Positions 29,723 to 41,238 of a DNA stretch of 64,000 nt are shown in pieces (position 1 is the first letter of the stretch; every line of letters starts with the position of its first letter). The DNA comes from Balanoglossus misakiensis. Lineage: Eukaryota; Animalia; Hemichordata. The position numbers and the translations under genes were made by a program. The stretch is taken from assembly GCA_040954595.2 (NCBI GenBank), contig CM082577.2:7093846-7157845 (forward strand). The letters run 5' to 3'. The notes beneath the pieces were generated by a model. That model was given only the letters and a program-made list of their open reading frames with translations, ran no database searches and was not told the DNA's origin.

Positions 29723-31593
29723 TGTTTGCACGTCTGCAGATGAATGTGGGATATGTGACAGTTTGTGCAGGCAGGTGTAAATATAAATACGTCTTGACAT
29801 ATAATAGGTGCACAAAGTGAAGCGTCTAATGTACAGAAATTCTGAAAATATTTTGCATATGCGCATGCTTTGTTTCTTCAACCAATGTCGTCAATCAGCA
29901 ATTTTGCATCCCCGTTCCTTGTCAAGACATTTCTTTTTAAAATCCACTGTGAAGACGAAGATAAGGGTATGATTATTTCATTTTAGCCATTTGAAGAAGC
30001 GGAATATACTTCACTGGCCTGAAATTAAAGGGGACGTGCAGGTATGAACGCTCAATGCATTGTCGTTGCCATTAATGCTTGACCGGTAACTTGTCACAGG
30101 GGCATTTCAAAAGTAACATCGATTGGAGAAGGCGTCCCTTCAGAGCCGAATGTGTGAAAATCTTTACTTTTCATCACGGCTAGCAATTACGCGGGTTTGA
30201 TGCAACTGTCAGGATCAATAACAACGCAAACCAGTGAAAATCTATACGTGAATACAAGCTTTAATTAACTACAATAAAACCTACATACAATTGAATGCAA
30301 TGTATGTACACACTGATTGAAACAATCAGGACTTTCGAAGCAAAGTAAATCTAAAAAAAAGGGTGTGATTTATGTTCAGTTGAAACGTTGAATGGACACG
30401 AAAGTTCAGGAATAACACGACGTATCGAATACACCAACATAATTCCAAACATATTTACTGTGATGGAGAAATTGCACAAAATTTTGTGATGCATTCCGTG
30501 TATAACGTCTCTCGCAGGACTCTCCGACCCCTTGAATTGTGTGCTCACAGTCCGGATGTACTTACATTCTGCTGTCTGTTCTAGTCCAACATTATTATAT
30601 ACCGTTAACTACAGAAGGTACTGTCGACCACGAAACGTGAGGGTCACTAAACACTAGCTTCACACTTGCTGAATTTTTTGTTTGAAAATGAATGTAAATT
30701 GATTTGTAAAGCTATACTTTATAACGTCTCTCAGCAGTGTGTTATAACTTGAACATGTACAAAAACACCAACCACTTCTAATATGTATAGGTGATGGTAC
30801 ATAAAATGGTGGGCCCATGGTCGATTTTGATCGCATATTCAAAAAAGAGCTCTAAGAAATAAAATACGACGGGAAGATGTCAAGGCGCAAATGTGAAAAG
30901 TCAGACGTCACAAAAACACATGAAAAATCGCTCCCTAGAAAATTGCCTCTGTGTCAAATCTGGCTTGCGTGGTGTAATCTGTGGGATTTGCGGTATACTT
31001 TTTGTCATTCCTCACTGGGGAAATATCCAAGTGATATCGAACGAAGTCTTGCAAGAAATTACTTTGAACAATTTTGAACAAACCAGATACATTTGACATG
31101 AAATAGCGCCTTCATATAAGTACACGGCGAACAACACGCTTGATTGAACACTCTACCACAATGGATATTATTAATTTCACAACTGGATTCAAGACGTGCT
31201 GTATCGAAACTAAACGGTCACTTAAATGTGACCGACGATTATTAAGAGAGAAAATGAAAATCAGTGACTCGAACATGGTGCCAATGACCACGATTTTTTT
31301 TTGACTACGACGACCAAACCGGATTTTGGACAAGCACACGCTATGAAAGTGTCTGACGTTAGCGAATAACTTCTCCCGTTTAGCTCGTATTATACATATA
31401 TTAACTTTTTTTTAAACGTTAAGTCAGTTATGTTACATAAGTATCTTGACAAGGCGGAGGGCACACACGAGACGCCAGACTGTCGTGAACGACCTGCCAT
31501 GGCACCGTAGTGTGAATGGCGAATTCGTGCGACAAGTTTCCACAACTTCTGGTCACTCGGTGATCCGTTCTATACTTAGATCCATCCATTCAT

Positions 31594-31637
31594 CACACAC
31601 ACACACACGCGCACACACTCATACGTACATACATACA
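31594..31637. repeat. (CA)n/(CATA)n tract downstream of the receptor stop codon (possible 3' UTR)
   Basis: cacacacacacacacgcgcacacactcatacgtacatacatac. Confidence 0.8.
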
Positions 31638-32140
31638 TCGAAACGTCTGGAACTGTACTTCATTAAAAAACTTGAAATCGTCATCGGACAATCGGAACTG
31701 TAACGACTTCGGTGCGATACTGCCATTAAGTATTCCTATCTGGCAGGACTGTGCTGTAAAGATGGCGCGGGACGAAGTTCAGTGATCTCTAGATCTCTCC
31801 CAGCTAGTAGGAATTTACTAAACCGCTACGTACGGGGTAACACAAGCAATCCATTCATCGATATGAACATATTTACGGTTGTGTCCGAGCCTTTATACAA
31901 ATTGACTGTAATAAGAGTAAGCACCTTTAAGGTTTCTTCCGTTCGCGATATGTTGAGTAATAAGTACGCATTGCAGAGTATAAGATCACAATGTACTTTT
32001 GAGGAGGCTACGCGGTAGAATCGAAATCCTCACTAAGAAATGCTGTCTTGGCTGTCTGCTCGAGGAACGTACACGTATCAGGAGCTTGAAATCATTTCAA
32101 CATGAATTATCAAGCCTACACGACTGAATTGATCAATCGT

Positions 32141-32146
32141 TTTATT
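32141..32146 (-). terminator. AATAAA polyadenylation hexamer overlapping the receptor stop codon
   Basis: The minus strand reads TTG TAA ATAAAA, so the hexamer begins at the last base of the stop codon. CA dinucleotides and GTCGTGT follow within about 25 nt. Confidence 0.3.
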
Positions 32147-33363
32147 TACAACTGCACCGGTTCTGGGTCATTGCCGTTTCTTCTCGCCTTCGCGGGACCG
32201 TTAGTAGGCGAATCGCTTAACATGATCGCCTGCGTCGTCTGGCAGTGTCTTAGGTTCATTGAATTGGTTGTGGTGTCCGCCTGGTGGCGGTCGTTTTTCC
32301 CTTTGGAGGAACGCCGTCGAAAGTGACTCACGCTCGGCTCGAATTGAATGTCGGCGGCGCAAGTGAACGCCTTCTGGAAGCTTTTTTTGAAATTGTCGCT
32401 CAAGAAAGCGTAGAGAATAGGGTTGGCACAACTGTTAGCGTATCCCACACACTGGGTGGTGTAGAACACCGTTCGCAGTATCATCTTGGCGTCTTCGGAG
32501 GAGATCGGCCACAAATATTGGAGGCTCAAGAGCACGATGTAATACGGTGACCAACAAAGAAAAAATACACCTACCACGACTGTCACCATTTTCGTCACCT
32601 TGCGAGTTTTCTTGCCCCTCGACCCCGGCGCTCCAACCTGGCGCAGCCGGCACAGCATCAGGACGTAGGCAACGCAGATGATCAGCAGCGGCAACACGTA
32701 GCCGAGCACGAAGGTGTAGTAGGAGAAGATGACCTTCCAGTCCTGCGCCGTCAGATTGAACGCGGTCCGGCCGAATACCTCCTCCCATTCCGGGCCGCAG
32801 CCGTACTTGTTGGCGCCGTGCGGTCCGCTCGTGCGGAAGGCGATGATAGCGGGGGACATCAGGACGAGCACCAGAGCCCACACACAGCCGCTGACTATCC
32901 CGGCGTTCTTCGCATTGCGGTAGTTCACAGACTGCACAGGGTGTACCACGGCGACGTAGCGATCGATGCTCATCACCGCCAGAAAGAATATACTGACGAA
33001 CTGAGTCAGTATGTCGTTGGTCGAGTATATCTTACAAAACGCCGTTCCGTAGGGCCAGTTCCCCGTGATCATGTTCTGTATTGCGAACGGCACACCCAAC
33101 AGGTAAAGTTCGTCAGCTATGGCCAAGTTCAAAATGTAGGTGTTCGTGACAGTCTTCATCTTGGCGTACCGCATTATGACATATATTACGAGAGTGTTAC
33201 CGATAAGTCCGACAACGCACTCGATGGCGAAGATGGTGGAGATGACGGCGGTAAGGGCGCTTACTCCTGGGTATTCTCCCTCCGTCATGTTGCTCATGTT
33301 CGGCGACGACGTTTCGTACTCGTAGGCGGCCACAAGCACAGAGTTGTTCTCGAAGAAAGCCAT
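32146..33363 (-). CDS. SSTR: Somatostatin / allatostatin-C receptor-like rhodopsin-class GPCR, intronless coding region, 405 aa
   Basis: Seven hydrophobic segments carry class A motifs: GN (TM1), NLAIADEL (TM2), WPYG..C (ECL1/TM3), DRY, CWSPYY (TM6). The somatostatin-receptor signature YANSCANPILY is followed by AFLSDNFKKSF (helix 8). TM3 has the Asp/Gln pair (NDILTQF) typical of SSTR/AstC-R ligand binding. N-glycosylation sequons NNS, NMS and NMT lie in the N-terminus. The ORF track starts at a GTG (33501), but the first in-frame ATG is at 33363 in strong Kozak context (gccATGG). The stop is TAA at 32148-32146. Subtype cannot be assigned without a phylogeny. Confidence 0.96.
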   Translation of the reverse strand: MAFFENNSVLVAAYEYETSSPNMSNMTEGEYPGVSALTAVISTIFAIECVVGLIGNTLVIYVIMRYAKMKTVTNTYILNLAIADELYLLGVPFAIQNMITGNWPYGTAFCKIYSTNDILTQFVSIFFLAVMSIDRYVAVVHPVQSVNYRNAKNAGIVSGCVWALVLVLMSPAIIAFRTSGPHGANKYGCGPEWEEVFGRTAFNLTAQDWKVIFSYYTFVLGYVLPLLIICVAYVLMLCRLRQVGAPGSRGKKTRKVTKMVTVVVGVFFLCWSPYYIVLLSLQYLWPISSEDAKMILRTVFYTTQCVGYANSCANPILYAFLSDNFKKSFQKAFTCAADIQFEPSVSHFRRRSSKGKNDRHQADTTTNSMNLRHCQTTQAIMLSDSPTNGPAKARRNGNDPEPVQL

Positions 33364-33516
33364 GGCGCGAGGTATACTCTCGACCGGTATTGTAATCACC
33401 GGCTGCCTGTTATCTGAGATGTGGAATCGGCTATAAATTGGCGATTCTTTCTCGCGTATTTTTCTTTCCTCCTCCTCCCAGACCTCAGTATTAACTATCA
33501 CACTTTTTGGGGAGAA

Positions 33517-33528
33517 TTACCTTATCAT
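33517..33528 (-). other. Minimal upstream ORF (ATG ATA AGG TAA; M-I-R-stop) in the presumed 5' UTR
   Basis: This is the only ATG seen on the minus strand between the predicted TSS and the main ATG. It overlaps a donor-like AAG|GTAATT. Confidence 0.45.
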
Positions 33529-33659
33529 GATTACCACAATAGCGTGTGTGGTATGCCCGGGCGGCGGTGATACGGATCTGAGAGCGAATGAGGCGGTGGT
33601 ATTTAGCAATGTTGGTGGCGTGGCGACCGAACGCTGACTGCTTTGAATTTGCGAAGCTT

Positions 33660-33920
33660 GGGCAGGCTAGATAGACGTCGTAAACTGATTTAAATACACT
33701 CCTCCCTACTACGTAGCCCGCATCAATCAAAAATGAGCGCTTCTAATTGGCCAGTGGTGAGTCCCCTAGCAGAGTCAATTTAAGCTAGTCCGTTCAAAAT
33801 GATCAGACAAATACTGCTAAACCTGAAGACGCATTAGAGCGCCAACGTTAGCCAGGTGAGCGGAATGAGAATCGCCTGGTTGCTCTGGCGACCGCTGTTG
33901 GACTCACCGCGCATGCGCTT
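33660..33920 (-). promoter_or_regulatory. Putative proximal promoter of the receptor gene
   Basis: The minus strand has TATA-like TATTTAAA (33696-33689) and CCAAT (33750-33746) about 50 bp further upstream. The region also has an NRF1-type palindrome GCGCATGCGC (33909-33918), an X-box-like GTTGCTCTGGCGAC (33879-33892) and an inverted pair GGTGAGTCC/GGACTCACC (33756-33764 / 33900-33908). The context is CpG-rich. The implied TSS is near 33665. Confidence 0.55.
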
Positions 33921-36429
33921 TTTTTAAAGACAACTGGAAAGCAGCCACTGCAATATCTTCATCGGGATTGTGGTAGATGTGGCAAACATATACCGCTTAT
34001 TTGTATTAAAACAAACAAGTTGGATATTGAGTGGTTGGATCGACTCATGGTTTTGCCCCCATGCCATGCCACAGCTGTACACGTTCTTTTTAGATTTTGC
34101 CTGTCGAACACTCCTGCATAATTATGATCGCTTGTGTATAACAAATGTACCGTACGTGATATCATTTACGATTGGGTATTCCCCCCATGTGCTGGTGTGG
34201 GGCAATAGGTGTACAATAAGGTAAATTCAACACATTTTAGCGCAGCAGAACAATGGTCACTGGCGTAAAAAGGTGGGATAATAAGTTAAGTCCTTGCCGC
34301 TTACTTCTCATTGGTGTCAAAGATCAGCAATTGACTTGATGCCACGCCATTCAGGGTGCCGCCGCTGAAATTCAGCTTAATAACATCTCACACCATGACC
34401 ACGCCTACATACAGTCACTTCACTCGACACTACAGGAAAGGGTTAAAAACAACTTTGTGCATAACACACCTTTGTCTGTACTTTTGGTCATATATGCCGG
34501 GACTGTAGGCAAATACACCTGAATTATCTTCAAACAAGACAACCCCCCATTGTCATGTACATGGAAAACAGGTTCCTGCAAAGACGCGTCTATAAAAATG
34601 AACATGCCCGCAAACCATTGCGTGCGTGCCAATATATGAAGAAAAATGTAATTCACCGGTTGGAGGTTGATATATTCACTTTTTCCCTGTTGCAACAGCT
34701 GCTTTATCGCGGACAGAGATGACATCAATTATAACTGTAACTCTGTAAAGTACAAATCGATAATCTGGCTACAAAGCTTCCACGAAAACTAGTACATGAT
34801 GACGAAGACGGTGTGTTCATACACAAAGCTGTTTATAAAAACCAACTTTTCCGAGCAAAGTCTGTAACCGCCACGCACGAAACCTGACACACTTTCCCAT
34901 CAAAATCGCCCATATATCGTACTCAGGTGAGTGTATCAGTACCTTTGCCAGACATAAAATCTGTTGCTAAATGTCAAACAACGCTTCAGGGAGGTGACAT
35001 TGATAAGGAATGATTCTTGGAAATCAAATAATAGACTTGATTTTTTACGAGATTCGAACTCGGAAGCTACGGCGCAGATTCATGTTTCGTGGAAAAAGAG
35101 CGCATAAGACCACTCAACCAATTCCCCACAGTAATGCTCCACCAATAAACGTAAAATTTAAACGGTCATTATATGCTATAATTGAAAAAAAAGCATTATA
35201 CATTATTACAGTAAACGAACGTTAAACCACTGTGCGCCCTATTGTTCAAGGTTAGGAAACGTCCTATAATAACAAAACGGATATAAACTGAAATACTTGT
35301 AAAACAAAATAACAGAGTTGTACACACAGAAAGAGGCAATTAGGCTTAGTGCCAGCGAGATGTTGTAATTACGATTTCTCATTAAGTTGCGTCGCCGCGA
35401 TTGACCATGTGATTTCATTACCCAGATAGCATCACAGGTTTTGTATGCGAGGACGGTTGAAAGTTTTAATTGGCCTTGCCAAGATAAACTGTTGACAGTT
35501 GTTGGGCACGAGGGGTACTTATACACCGCATGGACGGAACATGCTACAAACACATTGGAATACTTCAGGATTGAGTATTGTACCCGCATAGATGATCGGT
35601 AGTGCCATGTGTACATGCCAGTGATGGCTCTGATTTGTGTTTCTCTGGTACTTGGTAAACTGCGGAGTACAAAATACTATGATTTTTTTATACACTGGGA
35701 AACCATGCATCAGACGGTAAGGTCGACATATCATGACCTATTGATTTTTTTTCACAAAGGGCATAGTTCACAGGCTGTGCAAAAGATCCAATAAAAAGCG
35801 ATCATGCAGTCATCCATGCAGCGCCCTTTGTTGCTTTATCAGATGCCGTTTCACACCGAGAAATGAACATAATTTGCACCGCGCTATTTTTATAAATCCA
35901 TTTATAAAACCACAAACACACATAATTTCTGCCGTGGGACTATATAAACATCCGTCCTGCCGGCGTTTATTAATTGGAAGCGGACCTTGGATGAAACCCA
36001 TCAAATCGAGAAAGAGAGAGAGAGAGATCTATTTAACGAAATTACTTACTTAGCCTTCATGATATCCCTGGTTCTCGACATGAATCTGCGTAATCTGATT
36101 GGATGGTTTTTGCCTCCATGCATGGCTTCAGTCATTGCCCATAAAGAAGAAAAATTGACATTTCAATTAATAACAATACTCAATGCTATTTTGCGTCATT
36201 ATTGCGGATAAGCGTGTGAACGTGGCCTTCAATTTTTGACCCAAAGCGGCGCTGGAATTCAATATCTGGTTTTGTACTGTAATATATAATATTCAGGGGA
36301 TTTGCACGTCACGCCTTGTGTGTCAATTTATTTTAAGAATTACTTTTTTTAAATTGAAGCTATTTCAAGAAGCCATTTGCTTGGCATTGATTGAAGCACT
36401 ACTATCTGTGATTTTGACTAATATTTAGT

Positions 36430-36464
36430 CTTACTTACTTTACTTACTTACTTACTTACTTACT
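36430..36464. repeat. (TTAC)n microsatellite
   Basis: About 8 units with one extra T. Confidence 0.9.
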
Positions 36465-36600
36465 GCAAGGCTGGCTGACTGGATATATATGGGTGGATAT
36501 AGATGGGTAGATATATGTATACAATTGAGCAAACTTTCCGACGTGTGTCAAAGCACACTAAAACCGTTATGTGCAGGTATGACAGTGTGACCATTTTGGG

Positions 36601-36645
36601 GGGAAAGGGCTTTTTGTGGATCAGGGAAAAGGGCTTTTTGTGGAT
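36601..36645. repeat. Short tandem duplication GGGAAA(A)GGGCTTTTTGTGGAT x2
   Basis: 36601-36621 and 36624-36645 differ by one A. Confidence 0.85.
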
Positions 36646-37879
36646 AGAAATGTCTATGTCATGTTTATGTACATGATTGTAAGAAATACAACATTTGTTT
36701 GTGTGACGTTGAAAAGGCTTGGGACATATGGAAAGCGGTCACTGACCTGAAATGGCGAGTCCATATTGGGTTGTACAGTTTTATCCAAACAAGCTGACAC
36801 ATCAAATCATACTTAGCTCATACACAGCAGTTTCGGGTGAAGCTATATCTATTGATATGATATGTCAATAAATGTCTGTTTAAAAAAACGTACTAGTGTA
36901 GTTTTACGGGGGATGACTCTAGTAGGCCTACATGTATGTAATAAAACTAGACATTACACAGCGGCGAACCAACATATTGTTATTGATTATTGACGTTTGA
37001 ACACGTCGATTTTGAAAAAAAAAGCCCGAGGCACGACAACATTATTGATTCCCTTTTATTGCGCGTACGCAAAACCAATTTCGTTGACTGTCTGGCTTGT
37101 TGCACACTAGACATGCTGGTCCAACTAGTTTAGAAGGAAGGACAACCTGGATGAATATTGACAACATTTACTGCTGACGTTAAAGCGCTCGGTGTCAGTT
37201 GTGTGTGCGATTGTTCGCTGTACTTGCGAAGAATACTGGTTATCTGCACGTGACGTAAAATGCGTTGCACTCTGTGTTGTACTGCAAACAGCTAAAGAGC
37301 TGTACAGAATTCCAGCAACGCATGACATCTAAGCCTCACAGTTTTGTTAACAGTTGCCTGTGAAAGAATGGCAAGCCTGATTTAAATTTGATAAGCGGCT
37401 GAGTATACATGGGCTTGGTGCCGCGAGAATTGAACGCTGGAAGGCAGATGCCCTGTCTTGTTCATACGAGTGAACACAGCATTATCTATGCCTATCTCAC
37501 TGTTATCAGTCATTAGTAACTAAACTCCAGCGCCGGGGAGAATTCTGAGATTGGTGACCCGACCTTCGTCCTTATGACTTGGTTACTTTTGACGGGAATC
37601 AGAAATTGTATCTCGCAACATCACGCTAGGTCTAGTGTTATCGTCGCTAAATATCTCCAGTGTTCATCTGTTAATACTGTCGACGTGTTGTCAGCTGTGC
37701 ACATCGCTCTGTAGTGCTGTCAGCACATATAACACATGCATGATAAATTGTCAGTTGGTGCGCAGTCGTCGTTATATCGGGATGACGTTCCTCTCTCCCG
37801 CGTTAATTAACCACTATACGTCAAGTCCGCACACATCTCACAAGATTCCAGCAACCCCTTTCTATCTCTCTTTTTTTGT

Positions 37880-38119
37880 TAGAGCAAATTCTTGGCAATG
37901 ACAATTTCATTTCAACAAACACACATCTACAGCCCGGCCTGCATCTGCACAGCAAGTATCGAGGTGATACATGCAGCGGTTTTCAAGTTTTGATGTGGAT
38001 GGACATACAGACTACATCCATCCATGCATACATACCGGTACATACATACAGACACAACCGATCCCATAATTAAGGTACCATGGCATATATACATATAAAC
38101 CAAATGGGACCTAAAAAAA
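37880..38119 (+). mobile_element. Helentron/HINE (DINE-1-like) non-autonomous element end
   Basis: The architecture is unique core, then a (CATA)-type microsatellite (about 38004-38052), then a stem-loop AGGTACCAT (38073-38081) / ATGGGACCT (38104-38112), then an A7 tract (38113-38119). The left boundary is uncertain. Confidence 0.5.
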
Positions 38120-41100
38120 CACGGAAGCACACTTAATACACTTTGGGTTCTCACGCGATATGGGTATAAACAACTCATTCAGCAAATAGATGTGTCAACA
38201 CCGTCATGCGAGATTCGAATTATGTAAGAACCCTTTATTATATGAAACTAGGCTTCTAATATATCCCCAGATTTTACAGGAATACTAACGTCTCTTATTT
38301 TGATTAATAATGTCTAATCCGTGGTAATGGTGATCTTAAGTAATATTTCATGATTTCCTATAACATGTTTTTGTACTATTTTGTTGTTGTCGCGTATACG
38401 CTAGACGTTATGTAATGTAGAATGCCTCAAATACTCTGAAGGTCGAGTAATCGTGTAGTAAATTCGAACCATGTGAAATTGTAATTATTGCAAGGCTATT
38501 AAACGCACTGAACCATGGCTCGGAAAGTTTAATGGTCTAGACCTATCACGCAGCCTTTGCTCATGTTTAGCGGGTATGGTTGTAAGATATTGTCTACAGA
38601 GTCACGTGACGTCCTGGATTGTGTTGTGGTTACGCCCTCTGGCGTAATGAACTCACTGCACAAAACGGGTATAGCCTGTGTCAGTCACCCTAAATAAGAC
38701 TTTACAAACAAAGCCAAACGACTTATCTTTATTTTCAGCTACGATAAGAAGGGCACGGAAAGATTGAAACGTCTCGTAAGAAAAGCAGATAACAGAAAAT
38801 AACCCCAAAGGGTTGGCGACATTTCCTCATTAATATCTGAATGTCTGAAACCAGTTCTCAAAAAACCTTTTTTTGAACTCCGTGCCACTGCAATGTCTGT
38901 CGACCAACCGTGTATACACGCTTCTGCACACACCAGCCTATCATGTTGGGGATTTCCTGTCGACTCTTATCCCAAAGCATTCTGGGAGAAACGGCAGTTA
39001 TCCGAATTGTTTCATCGTGTCCGTTTTTCAGAGAATGATAAATATTTTTTTTAAATCTGGAGTAGTCCTGTATCTGTGCAAGGTTCTTCCACCACATGTT
39101 CAGTTGACGAATTCAAAACATTATGTATAAATGATATCGTCCCTACCAGGCCTATTAAAAGTTAATATCAGTTGCGTCATTCCCCATTAGCATCAAAGGC
39201 GATAATCTATTCAACCAAAGGCTATGCATTACACTGGAAATATCACCAGTGTTATCATGTTAGATATAAGGTAAAAGAAATAAAAAATAAGACTGTAGTC
39301 TGACTGTTTCACAAATTTCTGTCAACGACTCATAACGTGTGCTTTTTCAGATCGGCACAAACCGTGACAAGCGCGCGCTCTGAATCGAATGGTTCATTAT
39401 ACAATTAACCGTTCGTCGATAAGACTGTCCGTGTGTTTCATTTTTCTCGCGCATTCTTAAAGGTATACGGTCACCTATGCAAATTTAGCTTCAATTACCA
39501 TAGCAAATTGAGATCAAGCCAATCACAGATTTTCAGTAGGTGGCACATGCGCCACCATATGTTCTTTAGAACAATCGAAGACGCCATTTCAACCATATTT
39601 GGGTGCATTGTGAATTGGAGGTGACTGCATACCCTTGAAGTCCCAGTGATTTAGTCTGCTGGAAATCAACGCTGAATTGTCAAGTCTAATCTGACATGGG
39701 AGGCTGCACCCCGCCATCATGAATAGTTTATTGCCGGGCAGTGAGATAGTTTGCATTATTGATATCACAAAATGTGTGAAGAACGCAAATGAGACAAGCC
39801 GATTAAGATAAAACTCGGTCGAAATCTTAAATAGAACTGCGGCGGTGGGAAAAGGGCGAGCTTCGCTGATTGCCGCTGCTGCCCATACGGTAGTTCTCAC
39901 ATGTACGTACCGTGCAAAGCCCACAGAATAGGCCAGAAGTGATGCCTTGATTGTAGATAATCCCCAACCGAATGTCAATGTTCTGATTCCTATAGGCGTT
40001 TATGTCACTTCTATACCTATTCTGCATAACTATTTCTTGGAAAAACTTCTACTTTTTCAAGTTGAAAGAAAAGCGATACAAATCACAGCTTTGATGGTGA
40101 TACCAGCAATTTTATCAGTATGACTGTTTAATGTCGAGGTTTGAATAAAAGAACTTTTGTTGCAGTGAGGTAAATATTTAATGCAATCTTCACAAATGCT
40201 AGACAATCCAGTTCCAAGTATTAGATTTACCAAGAGTGCAATATGTGGTTTAACACACTGCCACCTATAGCTAAGAGGAGCATTTAAATGTCAGGAATTG
40301 GTGGACATATATACCTTTTCGATTAACAGTTACTTGAATACAATTTCTATTGGTGTATAGCAACACCTTCGCAAAACCTTTAAGGTTTTGGGAAGGTGTT
40401 ATTAATAAGTTATTAGCCATCGTCATTTACTAGTAGGACTTTGAAGAGTACAGTAACCACTTTGTCGTGTGAAATAGCGAGGGAATGGAAATCTTTTTAC
40501 AGGCGTAATAGGTATCTGCAGTGCTCCATCACCGGCGATACGGATGATCTTTCGAAGATTAAGAAGTGACCATCTTCATCATGGATGAAATAATGCTTCG
40601 CCAAATTGTCTAGCTCTACCGATTACCCGCTTCTTCATGCATGGGGCCGTAACATGCAATAGTGAAGATGGGCAGCTCTCGTATAGCAGAAGCAATTCTC
40701 TGATAATAAGATTGGGAGTAATGGTAAACTTAATATTAAACTCTGGGAGGCGTTTCCCGCCTTTCTGCTTTATCTCATTTGATTGCAGACCATTTTGTAG
40801 AAAATCGCTTTATCTCCAAATCAGGGAATGTCGTCGTTCGGAATCCGTACAGCGCTTTCCATTATAGGGAAGAGTGATATACGGACAGGAGAAGATGGGA
40901 ACATTGCAACCACTTTAAATCTTGCTATGCGGGGAAGCCACGGGAATTGCACTAGAAATACAATTTCGTGTAATCAGGTATATGGCTTCGCCGGTCAAGA
41001 TGATTCTCATTTGTAGAAATATTTCAACAGTCGCATTGTGTGCAGTCGTCGCAGATTTGTCTATTTGCATTGCTGCAGCCATGCAGTCACGTGGTAAAGT

Positions 41101-41148
41101 AGCTTTTGCAATTCACATCAACACAATTAAATGAAAAAGTGTACACCG

Positions 41149-41238
41149 ACATAACATAACATCATAACTAACACAACATAGCATGACATAACATATCATA
41201 AATAACATAGCATAACATGACGACATAACATAACATAC
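41149..41238. repeat. Degenerate (CATAA)n pentanucleotide microsatellite
   Basis: acataacataacatcataac..cataacatgacgacataacataacatac. Confidence 0.85.

Noticed and set aside
32102-33417. Overlapping antisense and alternative-frame ORFs (199 aa +, 148 aa -, and others)
   Set aside because: These are shadows of the GC3-rich GPCR coding sequence and show no recognisable domains.
33364-33501. 46-aa N-terminal extension of the GPCR ORF from GTG at 33501
   Set aside because: The ORF finder used a prokaryotic-style start. The eukaryotic Kozak ATG is at 33363.
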